From the human T2T-CHM13v2.0 reference genome, Homo sapiens, in assembly GCF_009914755.1 (NCBI RefSeq), contig NC_060926.1: 64,000 nucleotides of DNA; one strand, 5' to 3'. Numbering within the stretch: position 1 is the stretch's first letter; each line of letters begins with the position of its first letter. The position numbers and the translations under genes are program-made. Shown here piece by piece: positions 13,444 to 25,838 of this stretch. The notes below the pieces were generated by a model. The model saw only the letters and a program-made list of their open reading frames with translations, was not told the origin of the DNA and made no database searches.

Positions 13444-13553
13444 GTGTGTGTGTGTGCATGCATGCATGCATGTGTGTGTGTGTGCGTGTGTGTGTGTGTG
13501 CACGTGTGTGTGTGTGCATGCGTGCATGTGTGCGTGTGTGTGTGTGTGTACAT
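13444..13553. repeat. Compound (TG)n/(TGCA)n microsatellite, 110 bp alternating purine-pyrimidine
   Basis: Read directly; no break in R/Y alternation. Confidence 0.95.
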
Positions 13554-14214
13554 TTTTAAATAAATTATCAATCTATGAGCTATGGAGATTTTTATTAAAA
13601 TCTAGATTTTTATGAAATCTCGATTTTTAACTTCTTTTGAAAATAGAAGCTCTGGTAACACTAATCTCCCATATTTGTATGAAGAGTTAAATTAAGCTGA
13701 ATCATCATGGCCGCTGTGAGATGGGGCTGAAGCCCCACCATTTTCTGTCTTCCAGAAGGAATCCATATTCTCAGTTATACACTTGGCCTTTATAGGCTTA
13801 TCAATTTGCATCTCCTGGTTTATGACCACTAAGGAAAAGGACACACCTATAAAAAGTTTGTAATATATGCTATCAATAAATTCTCTAACAAATATGGCAA
13901 ACATTTTGAATAGAAGATAAACGAGAAAATGAGTGATGCTAGTTAAAACTTCAGATACTTCTTATATCAAGAACACAATCTATACGATTGAAAGGCAGAA
14001 GCAGAATGATCTGGGAAGCTTTTAAGATATACCAGCTTCTTAAATTGAACCTGTAGAAATGCCACATTTAGAACGTTTCGACTGAAACCTTAGAATTAGA
14101 CTTTCAAAAATGCTCATCAGCTGATTCATTGATATGTAGCCCAGAAACAGAGCACAGACCATAGGCTTATAGTACCAAAGGTTTCAAGTATCTATTAAGC
14201 ATTGTCCCTGATAT

Positions 14215-14880
14215 CAGTCTTAACTATGCTGTCTGCTAAGTCCACAGATTCTTCTAAATAAAGCTTCCACATCCAAATGCCATACTAAATAATGATTCTG
14301 CCCTGTGATCCACAGGCAGTGGGTCAATAGAATGGTAGAAATCTCACGGTGATCTGGTGCAAGATGATTAACTAGATCAATTAGATTCTTCACTCTGGCA
14401 TAAAAATTATCAAATGTGGAGAGAATGATGGGAGAGATTCAGCAGTGGTAAAAGTTGAAATGTCATAAGGGAGACACTGGAGAGGCTCTGATGAGGCCAC
14501 ATGCAGTTGGAATTTATGAGAGAATGGAAATTACAATTAAGTTCAAAAAGCTATTAGATGAAGGAGGAAACACACACATACACACACATGCACACTAAGC
14601 ATCAGGTAAGGAAATAAATAGAAGAATGATTTGAAGAGCAGACACAAACATACAAATAGTTACAGAGTAATTGGAGGTAGTTGGGATCCTACAGAGAAGA
14701 TCCAGGATCCCTAATGGCTGAGGCTTCTAGTGCTGGTTTTAATTCAGAACGACACTCATATTTCTGGTCTGAGCATTTGGTTTTTAGCTTTCATTTGGAT
14801 CCTACATATATGTATCCTTGGAATAAACGATATAGTGTAAGTGTGTCCTTGTTCTTTACAACCGATTATCACTAACATGT
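14215..14880 (+). mobile_element. Ancient ERVL/MaLR-type LTR (LTR67/LTR33-like)
   Basis: Ends ggaataaac...gtgtgtccttgttctttacaacc...actaaca, resembling ERVL LTR U5 ends. Subfamily uncertain. Confidence 0.45.
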
Positions 14881-15469
14881 GTTCCTTATCTACACAGATA
14901 AGAAAATGGTGAAAATTTTAGGATAAATAGCTTATCATTCACATTAGACCCTCAGCAATTTTATTATTTCTTAACACCTATACAACCTTATAGCTGAGAA
15001 TACTTTCCAGGTGATGGGTGAAAATTAGTAATGCATTCTTTGTTTTTTGCCTGTGTAATTATGCAATTAAATTTAGTAAATTAGTTTTGAGTGGTAATAA
15101 AATACCTGGCATTATGCTAATATTTATTGGAGTTGTCTCACTTTATTCCAGAGTTCCATCATGGGTGAAGGTATGAAATGGCATGGGCGATGATGTCCTG
15201 AGAATTCAGTAAAGGAGGGGACAGACTTGGGCTTGGAATAAGACCCAGGAATAAGCTTAGTTCAAGGAGAGGAGAAGATGAGCCATGGGGTTAGATTCCT
15301 TGTTAGGTATGTTGCTTGCAAAGACCTTTTGGAAATATTCTAATGGCCCCTTCCCAGCTAGTTTAACCAAAATGACCATATTGAAATGTCATGTACTCAA
15401 AGTATTTAAAAAGCCAACATCCAAGGACATATTCAACTAGAGAGGAGAAATGTCCACTTTTCTCTCATC

Positions 15470-16885
15470 ACCCCCCTTTTCCTTCACAGCTAAATTTTAA
15501 AAATCATGCTTTACATTTACCACCTCCTTTTTGTACCTGTTGGTCTCTTTGTCCTCTCTCTGCTCCTTATTCCAGAAAACAGTTCTTAGTAAAGGTAATA
15601 GTAATCTCACAGTCACTCAATGCAGTGTACATTTTTTAGCATTCCTTTTCCTTGACACTTGTAGTTCTGGAAACATATTTTTGCTTTGACTTCATGACCC
15701 AATCTTTCTGAGAGATGCTCTCAGTGTGTTTTTCAGATTCACTCAGCCATGAAAATTTGAAGTTCTTCCTGGTTTAGTACCAGACCTCCTTATCCTTTTT
15801 CTTTTTATCTTCTCCTATAGTATCTCTTCCCTGCCTATGGTTCCACTGACCATCTCCATATACTGATGCTTCTCAGTATATCAGCCTGATCTCTCCTCTT
15901 ACACAAAATGTCACAGTACTTCAAATTCAACATTTCTAATTGCTAAGTCGTGAATGTTCCTCCACCTCCCCCACTTCAACACACATTTTTCTCAAACCTG
16001 GTAAACTTCAGGATATCTCAGTAAGAACTACCATCCTATATTTTGTTGCTCTAGCCAGAAACCTTGGAGTCATTTACAATATCAGCCTTTCCTTTATTTC
16101 TATACAAAAATCATCACCAAGTCCTTTTGATTCTTCTAAATATCTTTTCATTCCCCCTTTCATACTACAAGGTTTAAGTGGAAACCAGCATCACTGTTTG
16201 ACTGGCAGGGTACTAAAATTGCCAACTAGTTTGTCCACCACATCCAATCTGGTACCTTACCAATTCCTTCTCAACACTACAGCCAGAATAATATCTTAAA
16301 AATACTAAACTGATTAGGTGACACCAAGTCACTAATTAAAATTCTTCTATGATATGCCATCATTCTTAAGATAAAATCCAAATTTTCGAAAACACTGCGT
16401 GATCTCTACAGTGATAGCTTGCATTGTCTGTGCTTATTCTTTGCTCAAGGCTGTTTTGCCTGTCCTTAGTTCCCATATCATTCAGATTTCCTTATGCCAT
16501 AGGAAATTTTGTATGAGCTTCCCTTTTTTTCTTAAAACATGTCGAAGCTCCTGCCCTTCTCTAAAAATCCATGCTTACTCTTTCTTAACATCTCAGCTGA
16601 AGTGTCATTTACTCTTGGAGGCCTTTCCTGATCCCAGTTCTACATCAATTTTCTCTGTATAAACACTCACAAAAAGATGCTCTCTTTTTGGAGACCTTAT
16701 CTCCATTCAATATTATATATTAATATACTACAATACATTTGTAAGACTCTCCTCACTAAATTTCAACTTCAAAAGATAAGGAACTGGCTTTTTTTGGTCA
16801 ACATTATTATCTTAGGTTTGGAAGTATGCCTTGCACCCAGTAGGGACTCATTTAAAATACTATTGAATGAATGCTCAGTGAATGT
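15470..16885 (+). mobile_element. L2 LINE, RT region to 3' end
   Basis: gaaaacagttcttagtaaaggtaatagtaatctc...ccttgacac (ETALxKVTNDL...LLD), then catctccatatactgatg (YADD region), ccagaaaccttggagtcat and a terminal tgaatgaatg. Confidence 0.8.
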
Positions 16886-16976
16886 AAGTAATTATTGAAA
16901 GTGTTATGGTAACAGTAAACATGGTAACAAGAGTACAGGCAAGAGAAATATGAGGAGAGATTTTCTAACAATGCCC

Positions 16977-17535
16977 TTAGTCAGTGCCTTAAACTGTGAG
17001 GAACAGTACCTGGCTACAAATATAAACCAGCTCAATCAACAAGGCTGGGGAGAGTTAGCACATATAACAGGATTACATGGAGTCTAAGACCAGGAAGCAT
17101 ATCTGTGTTCTCCAACGTACTTAAACAGAGACTGGAAAATTAGAAATAGAAACCAACCTCTCCGTCTTTCTGGGGTTGCATAATTTCACATGTCTTTTTG
17201 TCTCTGTGCTTCTGTTTTGTCTCTGTACTTCTGTTTCACTCTTATTTTAAACAATACTGGCTATTTCTTCTTTAGGCTCAATTTGGATATCTGGCAAAGT
17301 GTAATATCTCCTCATTCCAGTGAGGACACTGATTGATGGAACTTCTATGTGGGTTACTTCGCATTCTTAAGAAAATTTTTATTGGTGGAGCTTGAGTGTT
17401 GTAACTATACCTGGTCCAATAAGCTATTGCCAGAGGGCTAAGATCACAAACATGGCTATTTCTCCACCTTCCAGAAAAGACTGGAATAATTCTCAAAGAG
17501 TTGTGGATTTGGCAAGTAACACCCAGGAATCTGCT
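16977..17535 (-). mobile_element. Old MaLR/ERVL LTR (MLT1/LTR33-like), degraded
   Basis: Starts ttagtcag...; overall layout resembles antisense MLT1K/L or LTR33. Confidence 0.35.
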
Positions 17536-19149
17536 ATGCTATCACTGGCAACAGAATGGGTATGAGAGATGCTAGATAGTTGAGAAGTAGAAGATGAGTC
17601 TAGCATCAACAGGCTCAGTGGTTAGCAAAATTATAATGGTATTGGTGGAACTAGGGAGTTAATTGGAAGAACTAGATTGGAAAAAAAAGGTTGAGAATAA
17701 GATATTGCTGTTGTATTATTAGAGATACTTTGTGGATGTAGTTTGAAGAAAATTGAGACATTTATCATTGGGTGGTGAGGGTTTTTCCCTTGATGCATGA
17801 GAAATTTACACGAATAAGGCTTTCTCTAAATAAAATACCCCTCATATCATGATTCCTCAATCTAACAGACCAACCCCTTTCCTTTTCTCCAGAATTTATG
17901 TATACAAACTAGATAAACATTTTTTCAGGCTATTCCCTTAGGCATAATTTCTGAAGTTCACTGATTGGCATTTGAAATTGAACAACAGATATTGTTGTGG
18001 ATATTTAAATATAATATGAATAGTGTTAAAGCAATTCTCTGAAAAGGAAAATGATAACTTAATAAACTCAGTACTTATACTAATGGTAAGATTATGCCTA
18101 TGCATCACACTTCTAAACTTATGATGGGCTCGACAATTCACTCTGAATTGAGGACAGTTGAACCATAGTATGAAACATATACTTTTTACTTGAAAACATT
18201 TTTCACTAGTAATTTATAGATAGGTGCCAAAAATGTTTCACTTGGCAGTCAAACTGTATAGACTATGGACAGCTGGACTGAATGGCTCCTGCTTGCAGTT
18301 ATATGAACTTTAAATAATATTTTTTATAAGTGTGATGGCAATTGACTTTGAGAAAAAGTGAGACAATATATGATAGGGAAGTACCAAATATTACTGTCGC
18401 ACACTTTTTACTTTTTATGGGGCTGCTTAACAGTATGCAGTATTTATATTCAAAATAAGAGAGCTTCAGTTGTATTTATGTTTTAAAACTACCAAGGCAA
18501 AAAACAAATCAAAGAATTTATCACAGAATTCAATAATATGACAAAGTATATCAAAATTTGAGATATGAGAATTATACACAATAGCATGTTTTGTGGGCAG
18601 TGATAGCCCACAGAAATCTAATTTAATCAAATATTTAAAGAGGTAATAATTAATTTTTAACGAATTGAAGTGAACCATAACTGGGAAGAAATGTTATTGT
18701 TTATTTTTAATGCCAGAAGAGTACTCCTGATACAATTTTAATATTTCATTAAGGCAGTAACTTTCATATTGTGGGTTTCAGCCCAGGTTTTTATGTTTGA
18801 TGATATATTTTCTCCTCTTGAAAAAAGTTGGAATTTTATTGTCTAGCAGTAGTGGATAATGGGAAGTGCTCTTTTTCTGTCAATTCGATTATGTTCTATC
18901 CTCACTACATTGCTAGGGATTAATCAAACAAATTATGGAATGTATATTGGCTTATGTTAGAACCAGAACTTATTATCATGCACAGTGCTTTATATTTTAT
19001 GGAAATTATGCAGAAATATTTCACTAGATGCTTTTCTTCAAAAGTTTTCCTATGCTGGATAGCTCTTAGAATATGTTACAATGTATAAGGTCTTTTCAAA
19101 TTTGTCTTGCATTTTTCATTAATTTAAAAACAGTGTATTTTTTATACTT

Positions 19150-19305
19150 AGATTATTTGTCTCTGAATTTGGGGAAAGTCATTTAAATCTTTCTCACTTC
19201 AGTCATAGTTTAAAGTGTGAATTACTAAAATTGAAAGGATATATACACATTAACATGGCTGTAAGAACAGTATTTGGCAGAAGGATGTATGGTAAATGAA
19301 TGTTT
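19150..19305 (+). mobile_element. MIR fragment
   Basis: tgaatttggggaaagtcatttaaatctttctcacttcagt...gaacagtatttggca...aatgaatgtt. Confidence 0.55.
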
Positions 19306-20977
19306 GAAAAAAAAGCATTTAAGATAAAAAAGTAGAAAAAAAAAGAAAAAAGACTCAAGTTTGATAGATGAAAGACAATATATGTTCAGTTTTAATTTGT
19401 GAGATGCAAAAGGTTGTGTACACAGAATTATGCTCATTTTAAAGATTTAACTTTTTTTTTTTAATATTCTACCATGACTCCAACTTGTGGTTTTTCATCA
19501 GTGAGTAGAACATTTATATTCTGTCAGACTTGAATATTTAGTCATCTGTGACTCTTCTTGCTGCTTTGAATTCTGTTACCAATAAATTGTGAATCTCCTT
19601 ATTTTATTCAAAGAGATGTTCTTTTTTCATAGGGTTTTGGTGGAATTCTGAGAATAGTCTTGCCTCAGTAGTGGGGCATAGTTAGTCCTAGACTGAATAC
19701 TGTTATGGTCCTGAAAAACAAACCTTAAACAGAAAACTAAAAAGCTTCGAGTTATGTCTAAGAAATCTAACTGTATATCAGAATGTATTTCAAGAATATT
19801 TGTGGGAATATAACAAATATCTGGCATCCAGAAAATTAAATTACTATGTACAGCATCCAATTTAAAAAACAGATATGCAAAGAATCAGGAATATACAAAT
19901 CACATGGTGATAAACCAATCAATTGAAACTTATGCAAAGCTCACACAGATGGTAAATTAGCAAAGACATTACAACCATTCCTACAAATGTATTCAAATGT
20001 TTAAAACGTTGAATTGACACATAAAGGAATGAAAGATATAAAGCAGACCCAAATTGGATTTCTGTATGAAAACTACAATGTCTGAGGTGGAAAACACATG
20101 GATACAATTGAATATATATTATACATAGCCAGAGAAAAAGTTAGTAAAAGAAGGTATAGCAATAGAAAATCTAAAATGAAATAGACAGAAAGAAATAATT
20201 AGAAAAAATAAACAAAGCATCAGAAATCTGTGGTATTTAAAGTGGGCTAATCTATAATTAATTGGAATTCCTGAAGGAGAGTATGAAAGTATATTTGAAG
20301 AAAAATTGGCGAAATGTTTTCAAATATTCATATGATATAAGAGTACTCTACAGATCCAAGAAGTTCAATGAACATCATACACACAGGAAACAACATAAAA
20401 CATCAGAGCCAAACTGCTCAAAAATAAAGAAAATATCTTAGAATAAATAGAAAGAAAAAATATATTATGGACAAATTTAAGTGTAGAATATTTCTCAACA
20501 GCACAAGGCAAGTGAAAAGACAGCAGAACAAAATGATTGAAATATGAAAAACAAAAACCCCTATCAACTTAGAATTCTATACCCAGCAAAAGCAACTTTC
20601 AAAAACAGTGGCAAATATCTATTTCAATTCATAAAAATTTATTACCAGCAAATCCACATTCTAAGAAATATTAAAGAATGTTTATCTGACAGAATGAAAG
20701 GAATACAAGATGGAATCGGCATCCATAGAAAAGAAATAAGAGCACCAAGAATGGTAACTAGGAAAGATCTATAATATAAACCTTAAAACCACCATTAAAT
20801 ACCAAAACAGAGTATAGCTAATAAGCCAAATAAAAATAAAATAAAATCATAAAAAATCAGTTAATCATAAAAGTTTGTTAAATCAATACATATTCTTTAA
20901 TATATTCATCACAAGGGCTTACTCAAAGACTTAATTAAATAAAACAGAAACAAAACAAAAGCAATACCACTGCTTAC

Positions 20978-20986
20978 CATAGCGTC
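20978..20986 (-). other. Candidate 9-nt microexon GACGCTATG within a non-L1 insert
   Basis: Minus strand reads tgtttgtttccttttattaatttctctatag|GACGCTATG|gtaagcag, with an AG-free zone of ~60 nt upstream and ctgac at 21042-21046. Confidence 0.45.
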
Positions 20987-21066
20987 CTATAGAGAAATTA
21001 ATAAAAGGAAACAAACAGACAGCACAAGGAGGGGAGTGTCGGTCAGGAATCTTGGCTGGAGATCTA

Positions 21067-21375
21067 CTTTTATTTTTATTTATTTATTTTTTGAGACAGA
21101 GTCTTGCTCTGTCACCCATCCTGGAGTGCAGTGATGCAAACATGGCTCACTGCAGCCCTGACCTCTCAGGCTCAAGTGATCCTTGTACCTCAGCTTCCCA
21201 TGTGGCTGGGGCCATAGGTACACACCACATGCCCAGCTAATTTTTAAAAATATTTTGTAGAGGAAGGATCTCCCTATGTTGCCCAAGTTGTTCTTGAAGT
21301 CCTGGGCTCAAGTGATCCTCCCACCTGTGCCTCCAAATGTACTGGGATTACAGGGATAAGCCACTGCGCTCAACC
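21067..21375 (-). mobile_element. AluJ-type SINE
   Basis: T-rich tail, gagacagagtcttgctctgtcaccc..., and J-type features (ggctcaagtgatcct, ctatgttgcccaag, cctgggctcaag). Confidence 0.92.
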
Positions 21376-21775
21376 TGAGTAGGTTTCTTGAAGGCACTTC
21401 TTAAAGTTTGTGGGGTTGGTTGGTTGGTTTCATATATCAGATAGGAATGGCAGAAAACACATCAACAAGATGTTTATGTCAATATCATATTAAATATAAA
21501 TGATCCTATATCCCAATAAAAAGCCATATATGGCAAACAGACAAACAAAAAAACCCTAAAACGCAAGTACATGTTGCCCATAAGAAATACACCTTAAACA
21601 CAGAGTCAAGCCTAGGATAAAAATAATGCAAAAATACATGCTAAAATAATACTAAGACATTTGGAGTAACTGTTAGACCAAGCAGATTTAAAAACTGGTT
21701 TGAATACTCTAACTTAATAATAAAGGAGTCAGTTGGTGAAGAGACATAACAAATATTTATGTACCTTTATTACTC

Positions 21776-22205
21776 TGTATTGTGTTTTTATAAAGAAATA
21801 CCCAAGGCTAGGAAATTTATAAAGAAAAGAGGCTTATTGGGCTCACAGTTCTGCAGGCTATACAAGACGTATGGTGTCAGCATCTGTTTCTAGTGAGGCC
21901 TCAGGAAGCTTATACTCATGGCAGAAGGCAAAGGGGAGCCAGTATGCCACATCGAAAGAGAGGGAGGAAGAGAGGGGAAGCAGGAGAGAGGGGAGAAGGC
22001 ACCTAGCTGTCTAAACAACCAGCTCTCACATGAACTAATAGAGTGAGAACTCACTCATTACCACCAGTGATGACACCAAGATGACTCATTAAGATAACAA
22101 GCCATTCATGAGGGATCTGCCCACATGACCCAAACACCTTCCACTGGGCCCCACCTCCAACACTGGAAGTCACATTTCAATATGAGATTTGGAGATAAGA
22201 AACAA
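21776..22205 (-). mobile_element. MSTB-type MaLR solo LTR
   Basis: aaagaaatacccaaggct...ggctcacagttctgcaggct...ggcctcaggaagctt...ccccacctccaacactgg...gagatttgg. Confidence 0.88.
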
Positions 22206-23332
22206 CTGCATCTAGGATATTTTCCAAGATAAAACAATATTCAATCATTTTTAAAAGATTTTTGCCATACAAACTATGTTTTCTCTTATCTCAATGAAAT
22301 TAAATTTTTAAAAGTCAGTACTGAAATTTGGGGATTTTTGAGGCATCTATTTGTAAACAAAGTTATATGTGATTAAATAATCTCTTAGTCTTAGAGGAAA
22401 TCAAAAAATAAAATTACAAAGCATTAAATCTAAACAAAAATGAAAATGCTATATATTCAAATGTATGGGATGCTGCAAAAGCAGTACTTAGGGGCGCATT
22501 TATAACATTAGAAAGAAGAATGTTTGTGAATAATTATGTTCCATATTAAGAAACTAGATTAAACCCAATGTAAATAAAAAAGGAAATGATAAAGACCACA
22601 CCAGAAATCAACAAAATAGAAAACAGAACCATAGAGTAAGTAAATAGAACCAAAAACTGTATCTCATATAAGTTCCATAAGATTGATAAAACTTTAGCCA
22701 AATGGACAGGAAACAAAGAAAGAAGACACAAACTACCAATATCAGAAGTGAGAGAGATGGCATCACTATGTATTCTATAACTTTTAAAAATGTAAATAAA
22801 TATTATGGACAACTTTATGTCAATAAATTCAACAAGTTAGATAAAATGTAAAATTCCTTAATAGACACAAATATCAGATCTCACAAAAAGAAACAAACAA
22901 CCTGTATATCATGTCTATTAAATAAGTAGAATTTTTAGTTAAATACCTTCTCACAAAGAAAATTTTAGGCCCAAATGTCTTTGCTGGAAATAAAACTTTC
23001 AAACATTAAAAAAAGACACTAATTATCCATAAATTCTTTCACACAATTGAAAAGAATGAAGTGCTTTTCAACTCATTTTTGAGATTAATACTACTCTGAT
23101 ACCAAAACAAATATAATATTAAAAATTAAAAAGAAAACTACAGACCACTATCCTTTTGATAACCAATATAAAAGTTCTAAACAAAATTTTAATACGTCCA
23201 ACTTAACATTAAAGGAAAGAAGGATGCCTCATGGCCAGTTTACCTTCATCTCAGCAATGCAAGAGAGGCTCAATACTGAAAATATGTCAACGTAATTCAT
23301 CATATTAATGAACTAAAAAGAGAAAAAGGATA

Positions 23333-23722
23333 TGATATAGTTGGAGTCTCTGTCTCCTCCCAAATCTGATGTCAAATTGTAATCCCCCATGTTGGAGGTG
23401 GGGCCTGGTGGAAGGTGATTGGATCATGGGGGCGGATTTTCCCTTTGGTGCTGTTCTCATTATAGTGAGTGAATTATTGTGAGATTTGGTTGTTTAAAAT
23501 TGTGTAGCACCTCCCCCTTCTCTCTCTTCCTCCTGTTCTGGCCACGTAAGAAAGACTACCTGCTTCCCCTTTGCCTTCTGCCATGAGTGTAAGCTTTCTG
23601 AGACCTTTCCAGCCATGCTTCCTATACACTCTGCAGAAGCATGAGCCAATTAAACGACTTTTCTTTATAAATTACCCAGTTTCAGGTACTTCTTTATATA
23701 AGTGTGAGAATGGACTAATACA
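23333..23722 (+). mobile_element. MSTA-type MaLR solo LTR
   Basis: tgatatagttgg...gaatggactaataca with TG...CA ends and a 5-bp TSD ggata/ggatg. Confidence 0.92.
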
Positions 23723-24069
23723 GGATGTTATCAATAGATGCAAAAAAATTAAATAAATTATCTATTCCTAAGTAAAATTTTAAGCAAGCTAGGAATAGAG
23801 GGAAACTGCCTCAACCTGACAGCAAATCTAAATGACATCTACATAAAATCTACAGTTAACATTAATGATGAATGACTATATGCTTTCCCCATAAAATCAG
23901 AAAAACAAAAACAAACAAAACAAACCAAGAATGTCCATTTCCACTACTTTCATTCTATATGGTATGGTATTGGAGGTTTTATCTAACATGGTAATACAGC
24001 AAGTGGACAATATCCAGATTAGAAAGAAAAAAGTAAAATGGACTTATTGACAGATTACATGAATCTCTA

Positions 24070-24246
24070 TGAAGACATGGAATCAATCTAAATGCACATC
24101 AATGGTGGACAGGGTAAAGTAAATGTGTTGCGTATACACCATGAAATACTACGCCACCATAAAATTGAGATTACATCCTTTGCAGAAATATGGATGGAGC
24201 TAGAGGCAATTATCCTAAGTGAATTAACATAGGAACAGAAAAGCAA
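24070..24246 (+). mobile_element. Younger L1P/L1PB-like ORF2 C-terminal fragment inside the L1ME
   Basis: gacatggaatcaatctaaatgcacatcaatggtggac...atggatggagctagaggcaattatcctaagtgaattaac; the equivalent ORF2 end recurs in L1ME form from 24255. Confidence 0.65.
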
Positions 24247-24872
24247 GGAAAGGGAAAAAAAGCATATGTTCATACAAAGTTTTTTAGGAATGTTAATATC
24301 TACCTATTCATAATAACCAAAACCTGAAAACAACCCCTAAAATCCACCAATAGGTGAATGGATAAACCAGCAACAAAAAGTAAACTATTAAAGCATACTA
24401 CTACACGGGTGACTCTCTAAAGAATTACAATGAATAAAAGAATCCAGACAAAAAAAGTACCTAATTTATGATACCATGTATTAAAAAAGTATAGAACATG
24501 CAACCTGATGTACTGACTGGAAGTACAGCAGTGTTTGCCAAATTTGGTGTGCATTTGAGAGGGGAATGGGAGGAGTAGGAGGGAGGGATTAGGAAAGGCT
24601 AAAGTGAAAATTTGATGTGTAGTGGAATATATTCATTGTCTTGACTGTGGTGATGATTTCATGGTGCTACATGCACATGTCCAAACTTAAAAAGTTATAC
24701 ACTTTATAAATGTGAAGTGTAGTGTATATCAATCAATTATACCTCAATAATACTGTTAAACAGTAGAAAACTTACTTGAAATAGACATACTGTACTCGAA
24801 GTCTCCAGGGAAATAGATAAGCTCCAAAGTATTCCTACCCTATCCTTGTCCCTCTTCTTTTGATTCAAACTC

Positions 24873-24937
24873 AGGGAGAGAGGGAGAGGGAGAGAGGGAG
24901 GGAGGGAGAGAGGGAGAGAGAGAGAGAGAGAGAGAGA
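24873..24937 (+). repeat. (GA)n/(GGGA)n homopurine tract, 65 bp
   Basis: Read directly. Confidence 0.95.
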
Positions 24938-25094
24938 CCAACCTGTTGTTCTTACTTGAGTCACATTCCTACCATTTATGTAGGTTTGAAGTCTGTGCAC
25001 ATTGAAGATAATTTCTCAGAAAAGTTTGAGATGCTATTCTGAAAAGAAAGAGAAAAAATTACCAAACTAAACATATTATCTTAAGTATATTTAT

Positions 25095-25260
25095 TCCAAT
25101 TCACTTAACATTCAACAAATATTTAGTTATTGCCTACTACATCCATGAATGACATGGTGCCAGGGTTTGATATTTCACTGGTGAAAAGACAGAGCCGTCC
25201 TTGGAAAGTGGTACAATGGGAGAAATGTATATACAAAGAAATAATGAGAGTAGTGATACA
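25095..25260 (-). mobile_element. L2 3' end fragment
   Basis: cattcaacaaatattta...tgcctacta...ggtgaaaagacag. Confidence 0.6.
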
Positions 25261-25780
25261 GATTCTTATTCTCTGAGTCTCCGGTCCTGCTCAAATCCAT
25301 GAAATTATCTCACAGTTCAATCTAGCACACAGACATAAGGAGCAAATGAAACGTTTTAGGGCCATTAAAAATAAAAAGAGTAGTTGTTCCAGGAGTGATG
25401 AATAACAAGTAGCAGGCATTTGGAGAAGAGGATTGGAGAAAAGCAAACTCCTTTAAGTGCAGTTTGAAAACAAAAGAGTGAGCAAGTGCACACCAGAAGT
25501 TTATAAACTTGCAGCAAATAGTAAAAGAGAGAAAACAAACAAACCCTTCCTACAGCTAAAGCAGACTAGCCAGGTGAATTCAAGATCAGCAGAAACTGTG
25601 CAGTACTATTGCAACAGATCAGAGCTCATGTCAAGAGTTTCTACCAGTTCACTGAATAGTCAGAACTGTGAAATCGATCAGCACATAATATCTGTAGGTG
25701 GAAAGACCTAAGCTGACAAACTCCTCTACTGCTTATGGATGAAAATTCGTCCTGACAGTTAAGTTCTTTTTCGTATTCTG

Positions 25781-25838
25781 ATCTGTTCAAAGTTGATAAT
25801 ATTAGTTGATAATATTAGTTGATAATATCTGTTCAAAG
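25781..25838. repeat. 13-bp unit x3 flanked by 12-bp direct repeats
   Basis: atctgttcaaag, then (agttgataatatt)x~3, then atctgttcaaag. Confidence 0.9.

Larger units (their letters stand above)
19630..24762 (+). mobile_element. Near full-length, internally deleted L1ME-type LINE with nested insertions
   Basis: Contains a 5' region, ORF1 remnants (ctgtgg...attggaattcctgaaggaga; ORF 20544 QLRILYPAKATFKN is the ORF1 CTD), ORF2 pieces at 21470-24070 and an L1ME-type 3' end (cttgactgtggtgatg...caattatacctcaataa). Confidence 0.85.

Noticed and set aside
21052-21286. ORFs resembling Alu-derived 'hypothetical proteins' (also 54186-54482 and 56699-56902)
   Set aside because: These are translations of Alu sequence.
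20870-21411. aaagtttgt direct repeat at ~20870 and 21403 as the TSD of a retroposed insert
   Set aside because: It is only 9 bp of AT-rich sequence, there is no poly(A) at the insert end, and non-L1 sequence continues beyond the second copy, so TPRT cannot be supported.
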